The position numbers and the translations under genes were made by a program. Positions 18,712 to 28,082 of a DNA stretch of 64,000 nt are shown piece by piece. How positions within the stretch are numbered: the stretch's first letter is position 1; each line of letters begins with the position of its first letter. Location: sequence record ON000910.1, one strand, 5' to 3'. The notes beneath the pieces were generated by a model. It did not search any database, was not told where the DNA came from, and worked only from the letters and a program-made list of their open reading frames with translations.

Positions 18712-19023
18712 TCAAGAATCATTGCTCAACCTCACGTACTCTTGAAAATCCCACTCTGGTAAATCGCGTGGTAAATCTTCGTGTACGACTTCATCAACAC
18801 CCATTCGCGCCATGCTGTTTTCTAGTTGTTCAATGTGCGTAAGTGTATTACCAAGAGCTTCTTTTAGGCTAGCATTTTCCAATAGCATTTTCTCAACTTG
18901 ATTCATATGCCATTCACTACCACACTTGACAATCACATCACCGTATTTGTCCACCAACGATAGTCTAGAACGTACATACGGCGTTGCTATAAATTCACTT
19001 ATCTTCATTCTTCTCGTAATCAC
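18712..19023 (-). CDS. hypothetical protein
   Basis: Coiled-coil segment. Confidence 0.65.
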   Translation of the reverse strand: MITRRMKISEFIATPYVRSRLSLVDKYGDVIVKCGSEWHMNQVEKMLLENASLKEALGNTLTHIEQLENSMARMGVDEVVHEDLPRDLPEWDFQEYVRLSNDS

Positions 19024-19918
19024 TTAGATTATACGCCTTCATATTCGTATAACCAGTATCTGATTCTTTGTATTTCGTCTGTGGCTGTGCATTAACAACA
19101 AACGAACCGAATTTCTTTGTTTCAAGCCAGTCGATTATCTCATCTAACCACGTCTCAATACCGAAGTAATCACTCCATACTTGTAGACGACGAAACTTAC
19201 GAATCGCATCTGCAACGCTGTCTTCATCTACGTCAGTTAGCTTACACTTAGGGCCAGGTAAATCAACATGCTTAACATCGATAAAATCAGGATGTGACAA
19301 GCTCTTCATTTCACGCCATTTACCATGTACGTCGCGCATATGACGGTCATTGGCATACAGATCAGTTGTAATACGACCAATCGAGTATCTAATACCCTCT
19401 TTGAATTGCTTCTCTGTTACATGACCTTGAGCATGACCAGCAGGTGAGATGAAACGTATGATTTCGAAATCACATGAGAACGGTTGACCATAATCACCTT
19501 GTAATACGAAATTGTGAATATCACAACGACCTGTCATACTGACATTACGACATGCATTCGGCTTTAATGTTCTATTCGTGTAATCTTTTTCTTGAGTGTC
19601 AGAAAGTAAAACTACGTCTTTCCCGTTGACATTGATTACACGCTTTTCGTATAAGTCAGATTGAGCTTCTAACGGAGCGCGTGTCTCTACACCATGCGTG
19701 TCATGTTCATCGAGATAGTCATTTGGTAGATAATCTAAACTCCAACGACCACAACATGAACCACAAGACGCTGGACATAAAAATCCCTTGCGTATGTTCT
19801 CTTGAATGCGCATGGTCTTAGGTACATATAGATTACCCTTATATCGAAAGGGTGTTTTACTCACCATCGACATATACATGGCAATCTTGTCTACTGAATC
19901 AACTTTCACGCAATGCAC
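18995..19918 (-). CDS. Cys-cluster (YkgJ/CxxxCxxCC-like) putative Fe-S/Zn protein
   Basis: CPASCGSCC near N-terminus plus C...C.IH...PFSC. Confidence 0.65.
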   Translation of the reverse strand: MHCVKVDSVDKIAMYMSMVSKTPFRYKGNLYVPKTMRIQENIRKGFLCPASCGSCCGRWSLDYLPNDYLDEHDTHGVETRAPLEAQSDLYEKRVINVNGKDVVLLSDTQEKDYTNRTLKPNACRNVSMTGRCDIHNFVLQGDYGQPFSCDFEIIRFISPAGHAQGHVTEKQFKEGIRYSIGRITTDLYANDRHMRDVHGKWREMKSLSHPDFIDVKHVDLPGPKCKLTDVDEDSVADAIRKFRRLQVWSDYFGIETWLDEIIDWLETKKFGSFVVNAQPQTKYKESDTGYTNMKAYNLSDYEKNEDK

Positions 19919-20219
19919 CTTCTACTACTTCAGTCCAGTGAGCACCACCGTTATAGTGATACGTCTCGAAATGAATATCACCGTTTTCTTGCACGTCAGC
20001 GCGTGCAATATGATATAGGTCTTCGCGCTCGGCTTCAAAAGTGACAGTGTAAGGTTTGTCACAAACCAAAACTAGCCCATAATCGACGTGATTATCCAAG
20101 AGATATTCGACTTTAGAATCGTAATAGCTTGGTAAATCTGTTACGAGTTCTTCAGCTAGTTCTTCAATCGACTTTCTAGTGGGATGCAATACCCCTTTAT
20201 TATATTCCATCTGGCTCAT
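19899..20219 (-). CDS. acidic hypothetical protein
   Basis: FETYHYNGG motif; GAGGA RBS. Confidence 0.75.
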   Translation of the reverse strand: MSQMEYNKGVLHPTRKSIEELAEELVTDLPSYYDSKVEYLLDNHVDYGLVLVCDKPYTVTFEAEREDLYHIARADVQENGDIHFETYHYNGGAHWTEVVEGALRES

Positions 20220-20367
20220 TGTCTTTCCTCGTTTAGCTTACGACATAACTCATAAGCCCCGTTGTAAGTGAAATGATATGAAACAGTTCTTCGGTCGTAG
20301 TTGTCTGAGAATATAACGACTTTCCATAACAACCCGTATAGAGAAGAACGAACGGCGTACATTTTAT

Positions 20368-20553
20368 TCATCGCTTAAACCCGTGCTCTAACATTGCCCC
20401 ATAACCAGTCCCGTTCTGACCACCATGAAAGAACACGTATAACGGCTTGTTATCATGTTCAGTAATAGCAATTATAGTCACTGGCTGACCGTCTATGTTG
20501 TGATAACGACTAGCAGGAGCAGCAGAGACTTTAACAACGTCACCTACGTTCAT
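20368..20553 (-). CDS. small KOW/SH3-like protein
   Basis: MNVGDVVKV N-terminus. Confidence 0.6.
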   Translation of the reverse strand: MNVGDVVKVSAAPASRYHNIDGQPVTIIAITEHDNKPLYVFFHGGQNGTGYGAMLEHGFKR

Positions 20554-20984
20554 AGCTCAACCCCTTGCATAGACAACCACGTTTCAAGCTCACGTTTAGC
20601 ATCGACTAGATTGTTTCTCAGTGCATGAAAATCTTTAGAGTGAACTCGATTGCGCTCGACTGTGTGATAATCACTGTAATGGAACATGGCGTAATCAAAC
20701 CCCTCTTTATCAATACAACGCTGTAAGATAGATTTATCTTGAGCTGATAACGTAAGATCTTGTGTTTCAATAGAGCCGAGACAACGTAACTCGCGAATAT
20801 CGTAAGTACTAAAGTCAATAGTACCCCAAGCGTGAACATGACCGAGTAGAATATAACGACCATGTTCTTCTTTGTATAGATCATTCATGTCAGTCATATA
20901 CGCTCGTTTGCCTTCGTTGGCATGGTCGTCTGTCATTTCAATAAGACAGATATCATTTGATGTTTGCCAGAAACGGTAAATCAT
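20550..20984 (-). CDS. hypothetical protein
   Basis: GAGG RBS; 144 aa. Confidence 0.7.
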   Translation of the reverse strand: MIYRFWQTSNDICLIEMTDDHANEGKRAYMTDMNDLYKEEHGRYILLGHVHAWGTIDFSTYDIRELRCLGSIETQDLTLSAQDKSILQRCIDKEGFDYAMFHYSDYHTVERNRVHSKDFHALRNNLVDAKRELETWLSMQGVEL

Positions 20985-21148
20985 GTTAATAACCTCGCTT
21001 TGCTCGTTTCGCTTTAATGGCGCGCTTTACACGACGGGAATATTCAGAGTTGTCGTTACTCTTCAGTAGGAAATCCTCGTACGATTCTGAACGCTTGTCT
21101 AAGTCTATTCCCGCGGGAGTGTTCATATTACCATTATACATTTGCTTC

Positions 21149-21355
21149 TCACTTTATTACTTTAAATCGACTAGACGTTTTGTTAATGGTCATGTTTGCA
21201 CGATAACCATTAACGATTTTCTTACCAGCTACACTTATAACTTGCATTACAAATGAATACTTGTCTTTCCGAACCGTTACTGGCGAGACAATTTCATAGT
21301 TGAACGCATCGCCGAGCAAAGTCTCTTCTAAAACACTACCTTTTTTGAGTTTCAT
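21149..21355 (-). CDS. small hypothetical protein
   Basis: Start MKLKKGS, trimmed from track ORF. Confidence 0.55.
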   Translation of the reverse strand: MKLKKGSVLEETLLGDAFNYEIVSPVTVRKDKYSFVMQVISVAGKKIVNGYRANMTINKTSSRFKVIK

Positions 21356-21671
21356 TATCAACCCCATACACGTCTGGGAAGTACGTCTTGTATTCTTCAA
21401 ATTGACATGGTTTATGTTCGCGTAGATATTCACCATGTTCAATAATTGCCTTTTCACTCGACCAGAAATCTTCAATACAACCACCACATTCACACTCAGG
21501 GCATTGAATTTCAGTATAAGGTGGCATTTCCCAGCCGTCGTGATGGTCGTAATCATGAATACAATCAGCAACTGCGAAGTCTTTATGACATACAGTACAG
21601 CGACATTCATCTAATACAGGGCCATCACGCTCTTGTTTGACTCTAGCAAGCAATGATCTTAGATTAATCAT
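21336..21671 (-). CDS. zinc-ribbon protein
   Basis: CRCTVC...CPECECGGC. Confidence 0.7.
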   Translation of the reverse strand: MINLRSLLARVKQERDGPVLDECRCTVCHKDFAVADCIHDYDHHDGWEMPPYTEIQCPECECGGCIEDFWSSEKAIIEHGEYLREHKPCQFEEYKTYFPDVYGVDNETQKR

Positions 21672-21885
21672 TTTTCTTACGTTTGTAAGCTTTATGAGCT
21701 TCAACGAATGGCCATGTGATTGCTGCTAAAAACGCCCCGAGTATAGTCGCAACAATACCGATAATGACAGCACCTAATAGTACCACCAGCCCGACGAAGA
21801 ATTCAATTATCGACCAGATAACCCCAACAATCGCCATAAACACGACTACGAAAACAGTCGCAACACCTACAATTAAATCTTTCAT
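21664..21885 (-). CDS. small membrane protein
   Basis: Long hydrophobic stretch. Confidence 0.7.
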   Translation of the reverse strand: MKDLIVGVATVFVVVFMAIVGVIWSIIEFFVGLVVLLGAVIIGIVATILGAFLAAITWPFVEAHKAYKRKKND

Positions 21886-22193
21886 TATTCACCCTTTGGT
21901 TTAAAACCGTCTTTACCTTCGATAGTCTGAGCAACCCATATGCTTTCGATATCGTCAAAATCATTTGCGATTTGTAACGGCTCGTTCATCAACGCGATGT
22001 CTTGGCTAATGAGTTGTGAGCGAATTTCACTACTAGTATATGCATCACGAGCTTCGTCCCAATTAATCGATTTTCGACCGTATGACTCTTCGTAGTCCAT
22101 TCGATAAACCCAAAACGCAAACGCTCTACCACTTTTATATGAAATAACTAATAAGTGTCGCGTATAGTCTAAGTCTTTCAAATCATCTTTCAT
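21885..22193 (-). CDS. hypothetical protein
   Basis: ORF tiling with overlaps. Confidence 0.7.
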   Translation of the reverse strand: MKDDLKDLDYTRHLLVISYKSGRAFAFWVYRMDYEESYGRKSINWDEARDAYTSSEIRSQLISQDIALMNEPLQIANDFDDIESIWVAQTIEGKDGFKPKGE

Positions 22194-22444
22194 TTTTTAT
22201 TTCCCGTGAAATAGTTGATCGTATTCAGCACACGGTTTCTGATATAGAATAGCACAAGTGCGAACCAGATTAAACTAAAGAAAGCAATGCACTTATGCGT
22301 TTCAATTGATGTAATCGGGAACTTGTTGTCTAACTTGCCTTTGAGTTTGTACATGGCATAATCACCACCAGCAACATACAGATAAGCACCAAGCGCGACA
22401 AGTAGATAAAACGCTAGAATATTAATGATCATAGTGGCTTCCAT
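22190..22444 (-). CDS. membrane protein
   Basis: Two TM segments. Confidence 0.65.
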   Translation of the reverse strand: MEATMIINILAFYLLVALGAYLYVAGGDYAMYKLKGKLDNKFPITSIETHKCIAFFSLIWFALVLFYIRNRVLNTINYFTGNKK

Positions 22445-22818
22445 AGTTGTTGCATTGTTTGATGATGTACTTTCAAGTACTCGACAAAACGCGGTACTTC
22501 GTCTTCAGTAATAGAACGAATGAAGAACGGAGCGAAAATACCTTTACGTTGATGCATCATAAAGATCTCAGCGTAGTACGTATCAAGCGGCGTTTCGCAG
22601 TCTTCAGACAAGTTCGGTTTGACATCCCAACGGAATACTAGATTATAATCAACGTCAGCGTCTTCGAACTCGTCTAAAAACTCTGTCATTGTCTCAAATA
22701 CACCACCAGACTCGTTACTATGGTAATTACTATCAGCACAGTAATACGGATGTTCTACTGCTAGTTCAGCTAAAGTCATTTGATACCCTCTATATTGGCG
22801 ATTATAAATTCTAACCAT
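22429..22818 (-). CDS. conserved phage hypothetical protein
   Basis: HPYYC...DYNLVFRWD...QRKG motifs. Confidence 0.75.
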   Translation of the reverse strand: MVRIYNRQYRGYQMTLAELAVEHPYYCADSNYHSNESGGVFETMTEFLDEFEDADVDYNLVFRWDVKPNLSEDCETPLDTYYAEIFMMHQRKGIFAPFFIRSITEDEVPRFVEYLKVHHQTMQQLWKPL

Positions 22819-23249
22819 TGTACACGATACTCATGCAATTTCGACTTGTCATCCCTTGTAATAAAGCTCAAGAATGCAGACAAATGACTTGCAGCTTTTT
22901 TGTCTTGAGGCGGAATATCAAGCGAATCTAAGAATGGTACCTTGATTTTATCCAGTTCTTCGTATGTTGTTCTAAGCTCATGTGCATTACGCTTGTCATT
23001 AAACAAGGTTTCAGCAATCTGGCAACAAGTGTAATCGTTTAACACTGTACTGTCAGTTTTCGATTCAGCGAGTAGCTTCTCAGCAGCCGCTTTGATATGT
23101 TCTTGTAACGTCATAGGGAAATTCTCTGTGAATTCTTCTACAGTTGGACCAATGGCGGGATACGAATGCAATTCAGCTAGTATCTCATCTGGTGTTTTAG
23201 AGCTTAGTATCTCATCGAGAATACCAAGCCGTTCATCTAGACTAAGCAT
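22776..23249 (-). CDS. YTC...WL family paralog 1
   Basis: AAAEKLL...DYTCCQIA...YRVQWLEFII. Confidence 0.75.
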   Translation of the reverse strand: MLSLDERLGILDEILSSKTPDEILAELHSYPAIGPTVEEFTENFPMTLQEHIKAAAEKLLAESKTDSTVLNDYTCCQIAETLFNDKRNAHELRTTYEELDKIKVPFLDSLDIPPQDKKAASHLSAFLSFITRDDKSKLHEYRVQWLEFIIANIEGIK

Positions 23250-23718
23250 TTCTACGGTTCTCGTATTCGCTTGGTTGAGTCAAGATAAACTCTAGCCATT
23301 GGCGACGATATTCAGTAAATAACTCAATGTCAATTTTACCATCGTCTTTAATTGCAATATCATGAATAAACGTACCGCGGTAATAATCGACGTTTAGGCA
23401 TGCTTTGAGCTTAGACATTGCGCATTCAGACAAGTTGATTTTACCTTGTACTGCGTTGTCATAAACTCGCTTAACAAATGGGGCTGCAATCTCGGATAAC
23501 GTGGTTTTCACGTCAACGTAAGACGAATATTTTTCCAATGGATCTTTTGTAGAACGTACAAGAAACGCAATTTCATTACACGTATAGCCGTACATATCGG
23601 TTAAAATATCACCATCTTCTAGCAGTTCTGCGGCAGCTACTTTGATTTCACTTAGATGTTTCATTACATATTCTCCACGATATGTTTCAGCCATGCTTTG
23701 CGTGCAGCTACGAAACAC
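23242..23718 (-). CDS. YTC...WL family paralog 2 (start probably ~23664)
   Basis: AAAELL...GYTCNEIA...YRRQWLEFIL. Confidence 0.75.
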   Translation of the reverse strand: MFRSCTQSMAETYRGEYVMKHLSEIKVAAAELLEDGDILTDMYGYTCNEIAFLVRSTKDPLEKYSSYVDVKTTLSEIAAPFVKRVYDNAVQGKINLSECAMSKLKACLNVDYYRGTFIHDIAIKDDGKIDIELFTEYRRQWLEFILTQPSEYENRRNA

Positions 23719-24041
23719 TCACTGGCAACGTCTTTACCGCGCATAGAAATCACGTGAATGAAAGCAGACGAATAGAAATTATCAGCTACAATAGACTTTA
23801 GTTCAGAGCGTGATGACTCTTCTAGATCGAAGCCAAGTGTTTCGACTGGATTACGCAATACCGCATATAAGAACGACTTAGCGAGTTCACGAATAACTGC
23901 TTTAACCTCGTTATGAGTGTAAATGCTACTAGATGAAATATCATCGGCAATGCGATTGCACGTATAGCTATTGATGTTTGAAGTGATGTCATCTTCAAGT
24001 AATTCAGTCGCGGCTTGGCGAATGAGTTCGTGTAGATTCAT
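23664..24041 (-). CDS. YTC...WL family paralog 3
   Basis: AATELL...SYTCNRIA...ARKAWLKHIV. Confidence 0.75.
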   Translation of the reverse strand: MNLHELIRQAATELLEDDITSNINSYTCNRIADDISSSSIYTHNEVKAVIRELAKSFLYAVLRNPVETLGFDLEESSRSELKSIVADNFYSSAFIHVISMRGKDVASECFVAARKAWLKHIVENM

Positions 24042-24042
24042 T

Positions 24043-24477
24043 TTACTTTCCCTCGTACTGTGACAAGAATTTCAACCATGCTTTACGTGCTGCTACGAAA
24101 TGTTCTTTATTCAACGGCCCGTATGCACGAGCAATCGCGTGTACAAAAGCACCTGCTAGACCCCAATCAAAATCGTCTTGTAGTTCATCGATTGTATCTT
24201 CTGGTAGAATAAAACCAAGTACACCGTAAGAGTCTGCAATGACAGTTTTAACAAACTCAAGACCTGCTTCTTCTACATGTTCATTACATGGTGCATAAAG
24301 TCTTGCTTTTTCTCTTTTCGACAAGTCATATCGAGCTTCAAACAAATCTGAAACACGATTCACGACAGTACAACAGCTATACTCGTAAGAATCTGCAAGC
24401 AAAGCATTGTCATTAGACATTTCAGTAGCCATTGCGCGAATTTCTTTGATGATTTCTGATTTCTCAATTGCTCTCAT
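24043..24477 (-). CDS. YTC...WL family paralog 4
   Basis: AMATEM...EYSCCTVV...ARKAWLKFL. Confidence 0.75.
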   Translation of the reverse strand: MRAIEKSEIIKEIRAMATEMSNDNALLADSYEYSCCTVVNRVSDLFEARYDLSKREKARLYAPCNEHVEEAGLEFVKTVIADSYGVLGFILPEDTIDELQDDFDWGLAGAFVHAIARAYGPLNKEHFVAARKAWLKFLSQYEGK

Positions 24478-24480
24478 ATC

Positions 24481-24732
24481 TTATCCCTTGTAAGCTGCTT
24501 CAATTTTCTCGATGATTTGACCGTAAGGCAAACCGCTATTGTATAGCTCATTGAACATTTTGTTTACGTTGTTCGCGACTTCACGCATAACATTAGCTGA
24601 AGCAGCAGTCGTTTTGTGACTGATTTTAACACCAGTACGACCGATGAATAGCTTTACTTCGCTCTTATCAGCAGTCAAGATTTTAAGCCAAAGTGAATCG
24701 TGATTGATTTTGCTGCGTGTGATTAAGTTCAT
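24481..24732 (-). CDS. early hypothetical protein
   Basis: GAGAACATTATG leader. Confidence 0.7.
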   Translation of the reverse strand: MNLITRSKINHDSLWLKILTADKSEVKLFIGRTGVKISHKTTAASANVMREVANNVNKMFNELYNSGLPYGQIIEKIEAAYKG

Positions 24733-24795
24733 AATGTTCTCTTTCGTTTCAATGAATATATTATCGGCTATTGCTGGTGGAAGTGTCAAGCACTT
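24730..24795 (-). promoter_or_regulatory. early promoter
   Basis: TTGACA-18 nt-GATAAT, then ATTGAAACGA leader variant. Confidence 0.6.
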
Positions 24796-24967
24796 AGTAG
24801 TTAATTTTACCAGCGCGACGTAAGTCAGATTGAGCTTTCATGACTTTTGCAGAAAACGCGAAATCACCATTTGCATTTGATTCAGCAATAAGGTCGTAGA
24901 ACTGGTCTTCTGTCATTGACATAACAAGTTCAATTGCGTCGATTTTAGTAGCGTTTGCGTAAGTCAT
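24794..24967 (-). CDS. small early protein (57 aa)
   Basis: GAGAACATTATG leader. Confidence 0.65.
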   Translation of the reverse strand: MTYANATKIDAIELVMSMTEDQFYDLIAESNANGDFAFSAKVMKAQSDLRRAGKINY

Positions 24968-25040
24968 AATGTTCTCTCTGTATCTCGTTTCGATAAGAGA
25001 ATAATACAGTAAGTGGCTACGGCACGCAACCACTTTTTGT
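24965..25040 (-). promoter_or_regulatory. early promoter in hairpin (PeSL-like)
   Basis: AAGTGGTTGCG-TGC-CGTAGCCACTT; TTGCGT-17 nt-TATTAT; ATCGAAACGA. Confidence 0.8.
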
Positions 25041-25053
25041 ACTTTTTTTGCTT

Positions 25054-25461
25054 TTATAGTGAATTAATCAAGAATTTTAACCATGCTTTACGCACAAATA
25101 CAAAATCAATATCATCGGCATCTTCAAACACACGCGAGACGCTATGTACAAATGCACTAAGCTTGTTTTGAAAAATCTCGTCGAGATATTCAGCTTCAGT
25201 TGAAGTCAATTCACGACCAAATACAGCTACTGGATTAGTTTGCAAATGGTCACAGAAAGCTTCGCCTTTATCTTTAATAATACGCATAGCTTTTTGTTGA
25301 GCAAGAACGCCAAGCTTGATTTCGACGTGATCATCTAAAATATGACACGTGTAAGCATCTTCATCGCTTAAAATCGCGGTATTTTGACGTAATTCCAGTG
25401 CTTTTTCGCTAATTACACGGCGAATTTCAGTGTTATCAAGGAAATCTGGTAGAATTTTCAT
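25054..25461 (-). CDS. YTC...WL family paralog 5
   Basis: KALEL...AYTCHIL...VRKAWLKFLI. Confidence 0.75.
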   Translation of the reverse strand: MKILPDFLDNTEIRRVISEKALELRQNTAILSDEDAYTCHILDDHVEIKLGVLAQQKAMRIIKDKGEAFCDHLQTNPVAVFGRELTSTEAEYLDEIFQNKLSAFVHSVSRVFEDADDIDFVFVRKAWLKFLINSL

Positions 25462-25465
25462 AGTT

Positions 25466-25783
25466 TTATCCCTTATCTTGGTACATACGTACAGTGTTAG
25501 AAGCAAAATCGATGTCTAAATCGTAGTATTCGCCGACTTGAAAGAAATTATTCTTGGCATTAATCTCGTTAATGCGCTCAATACGTAGCAGTGTATAAGT
25601 CATACCACTATCAATCGTGTAGTCTTGACCTTCAATCATACCGTACTCAGCAGCTAGATAAATGCGAACTGAAGACAAAGCATTACCGTTTTTCGCGTAC
25701 ATGCTCTTATCAAGCTCATGACGCATACCCGCAATTGGGTGACGTGAAACAGTAAATGACTTAGTTTCGTTGATGATTTGCAT
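25466..25783 (-). CDS. early hypothetical protein
   Basis: GAGAATATTATG leader. Confidence 0.7.
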   Translation of the reverse strand: MQIINETKSFTVSRHPIAGMRHELDKSMYAKNGNALSSVRIYLAAEYGMIEGQDYTIDSGMTYTLLRIERINEINAKNNFFQVGEYYDLDIDFASNTVRMYQDKG

Positions 25784-25856
25784 AATATTCTCTCTAGTCG
25801 TTGTCGTTTCGATAAAGCTATAATACAAAAAAGGGCTGCATCGTGCAACCCTTTTA
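25781..25856 (-). promoter_or_regulatory. early promoter in terminator hairpin (PeSL-like)
   Basis: AAAAGGGTTGCA-CGA-TGCAGCCCTTTTTT; TTGCAC-17 nt-TATTAT; ATCGAAACGA. Confidence 0.85.
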
Positions 25857-25861
25857 TTAAA

Positions 25862-27085
25862 TTATTTTCGCTTGGCTCTTTTTGGCATATGACCGCAGCA
25901 CTCATCAATTAATCTTAGTCTCTTAGCTGCACTATAAGCATTCTTTGAATTTGTTCGCCATTCATTGCGAGTCTTGTATCTCAATGCGTCTTCTTTAAGA
26001 TTTGCAAAAGACCATGACATTAATCGAGGTTTCATATGAGCACAACACTCGTCCAACATTCCTCGCTGATTGGCGACAGCAAATGCACCTCTTGATTTTT
26101 TCTTCCATTCAGAACGAGACTTGTAATTCAATGCATCTTCCTTAATGCGTTGTATTGTCCAATATCCAGATTCCTTTCTAGTACTTTCCATATGAGCACA
26201 ACACTCATCAAGCAACCCTCGTTTATGAGCAGCCGAATAAGCCCCAATCGAGTTTAACCGCCATTCAGAACGAGACTTGTATTTCAATGCGTCTTTTTTA
26301 AGTTTTTTCAAAGACCATTTTAACGTGGATCCACCCAACCCACCAGCTTTAGCACGATTTAAAATAATCCATCCATTGTTTCTGTAGTACTCAATGTATT
26401 CTTTCTCGGCAACCTGTGCAAGTTCTTGATCAATGTAATCAGTTATTTTCTCGAATGTAACATTATCAATTCCATAACGCTCTATTAATCCGATGATTTG
26501 ACTTGTTTTGGTCTTATGATCGCGAAAACGAATCTCGGCATTGTAACTCAATCCAATGTAAATCTCATTACCAGCATAGATTCGATATATACAACGTTTC
26601 AGTGCAGTTTTCATAGGTGCATTCATATGAGAACAGCATTCATCTAGAATGCGTTTACTTAAAGCAGCCGAATAAGCCCCTCTTGATTTTTTCTGCCATT
26701 CAGAACGAGACTTGTAATTCAATGCATCTTCCTTAATGCGTTGTATTGTCCAATATCCAGATGGGGTTTGAATACTTGTCATATGAGCACAACACTCATC
26801 AAGCAACCCTCGTTGATAAGCGGTAGCATAAGCACTATTTGAATTTGTTCGCCATTCAGAACGAGAATTATATTTCAATGCATCTTCTTTAAGATTTTCC
26901 AATGACCACTTTGGTCTAGGTCTTGGGTTTTTTTGCATATGAGCACAACACTCGTCAGTCAACCCCTGTTTACGTGCAGACGAATAAGCACCACTTGATT
27001 TTTTCTGCCATTCAGAACGAGAATTATATTTCAATGCATCTTCTTTAAGACGCTCTAATGTCCAATATCTAGGTGGGGTTTTCAT
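25862..27085 (-). CDS. free-standing GIY-YIG endonuclease flanked by 3+3 ~50-aa repeats
   Basis: CIYRIY...IYIGLS...RFRDH...EKEYI...LN; six W..E.LKEDAL.Y.SRSEW......AY......L.DECC.HM repeats. Confidence 0.8.
   Translation of the reverse strand: MKTPPRYWTLERLKEDALKYNSRSEWQKKSSGAYSSARKQGLTDECCAHMQKNPRPRPKWSLENLKEDALKYNSRSEWRTNSNSAYATAYQRGLLDECCAHMTSIQTPSGYWTIQRIKEDALNYKSRSEWQKKSRGAYSAALSKRILDECCSHMNAPMKTALKRCIYRIYAGNEIYIGLSYNAEIRFRDHKTKTSQIIGLIERYGIDNVTFEKITDYIDQELAQVAEKEYIEYYRNNGWIILNRAKAGGLGGSTLKWSLKKLKKDALKYKSRSEWRLNSIGAYSAAHKRGLLDECCAHMESTRKESGYWTIQRIKEDALNYKSRSEWKKKSRGAFAVANQRGMLDECCAHMKPRLMSWSFANLKEDALRYKTRNEWRTNSKNAYSAAKRLRLIDECCGHMPKRAKRK
26105..26171. repeat. 67-bp perfect direct repeat within the GIY-YIG gene (other copy 26696-26762)
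   Basis: Compared base by base. Confidence 0.9.
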
Positions 27086-27146
27086 AATATTCTCCAATTC
27101 AAAAACTGTAGAATATAAAAAAGGGCTGCATAGCGCAACCCTTTTC
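27083..27146 (-). promoter_or_regulatory. early promoter in terminator hairpin (PeSL-like)
   Basis: AAAAGGGTTGCG-CTA-TGCAGCCCTTTTTT; TTGCGC-17 nt-TATTCT; GGAGAATATTATG. Confidence 0.8.
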
Positions 27147-27154
27147 TTTAACTT

Positions 27155-27763
27155 TTACGAATGAAGCTCTTCATCGTACTGACTAGCAGCATATCGACCA
27201 TCAATACGATAATCACCACAATCAGATACGAGTTCATCTGTATCAGAACCAACCGTAAACACTACTAGTTTACCATACGTCTCAACAGCAATTTGTGTCG
27301 GACGTGATACAACAACTGTCGCGTCATGTGCATATGACGATGTACTATCGCTTGCGGCATAAATGTCTATGATCTCACCGACAACTAGCTCGTGCTCTTC
27401 ATCGACAAAATCAGTTTCTTTATACGCATATACAAGACGACCACTCTTCCACTTACAAGGGTACCAATCCCAATCTTTCGCTGACAACTTCAATCGAGCA
27501 TGTACAAGTACCAACTGACCATCGTATTTTGTCTGTGTCTGCTTGTTACCATTTACTTTATCTTCTTCAACTGAGTAAAAAGCACCATTGTCAGATACTA
27601 GCATATAAGTCGGTTGCTCTATACCACGTATACCATCACCCGAGTCAAGGCAATTCAAATAACCAGACCATGTGTTGTAGTACGTCTCAACTCGTACCAT
27701 ACTACCGCTCGGCATAATCGCTTTCTTGTCTACTACTTTCTTATGTCTTTCAATTCGTTTCAT
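27155..27763 (-). CDS. hypothetical protein
   Basis: 202-aa ORF. Confidence 0.7.
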   Translation of the reverse strand: MKRIERHKKVVDKKAIMPSGSMVRVETYYNTWSGYLNCLDSGDGIRGIEQPTYMLVSDNGAFYSVEEDKVNGNKQTQTKYDGQLVLVHARLKLSAKDWDWYPCKWKSGRLVYAYKETDFVDEEHELVVGEIIDIYAASDSTSSYAHDATVVVSRPTQIAVETYGKLVVFTVGSDTDELVSDCGDYRIDGRYAASQYDEELHS

Positions 27764-27773
27764 CTTATAACCC

Positions 27774-28082
27774 TTAGAAAAATTCTACATCACTGCAACG
27801 CTTGTAATCGTCTGCCGTTACTGGCACTCGTTCGTTCATATAGAACACACCGTTCTTACAACAAGCCCAATCTAATTGACCATACTTGTTCTCTTCTTGA
27901 ACATACATATACACAGTACGACCACCGTCTTCGTTGATAGACATACCAATGTCTTTCTCCCATTTCTCACACGGAAATGATAGTAGAAAACGCGAACCTA
28001 ACTGAACCCACGCCTCTTCTAAACTGGCAAACTCACCAGACCAACCACCACGCAACAAATTACCCAATCTGTACTTCTTCAT
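27774..28082 (-). CDS. hypothetical protein
   Basis: 102-aa ORF. Confidence 0.7.
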   Translation of the reverse strand: MKKYRLGNLLRGGWSGEFASLEEAWVQLGSRFLLSFPCEKWEKDIGMSINEDGGRTVYMYVQEENKYGQLDWACCKNGVFYMNERVPVTADDYKRCSDVEFF

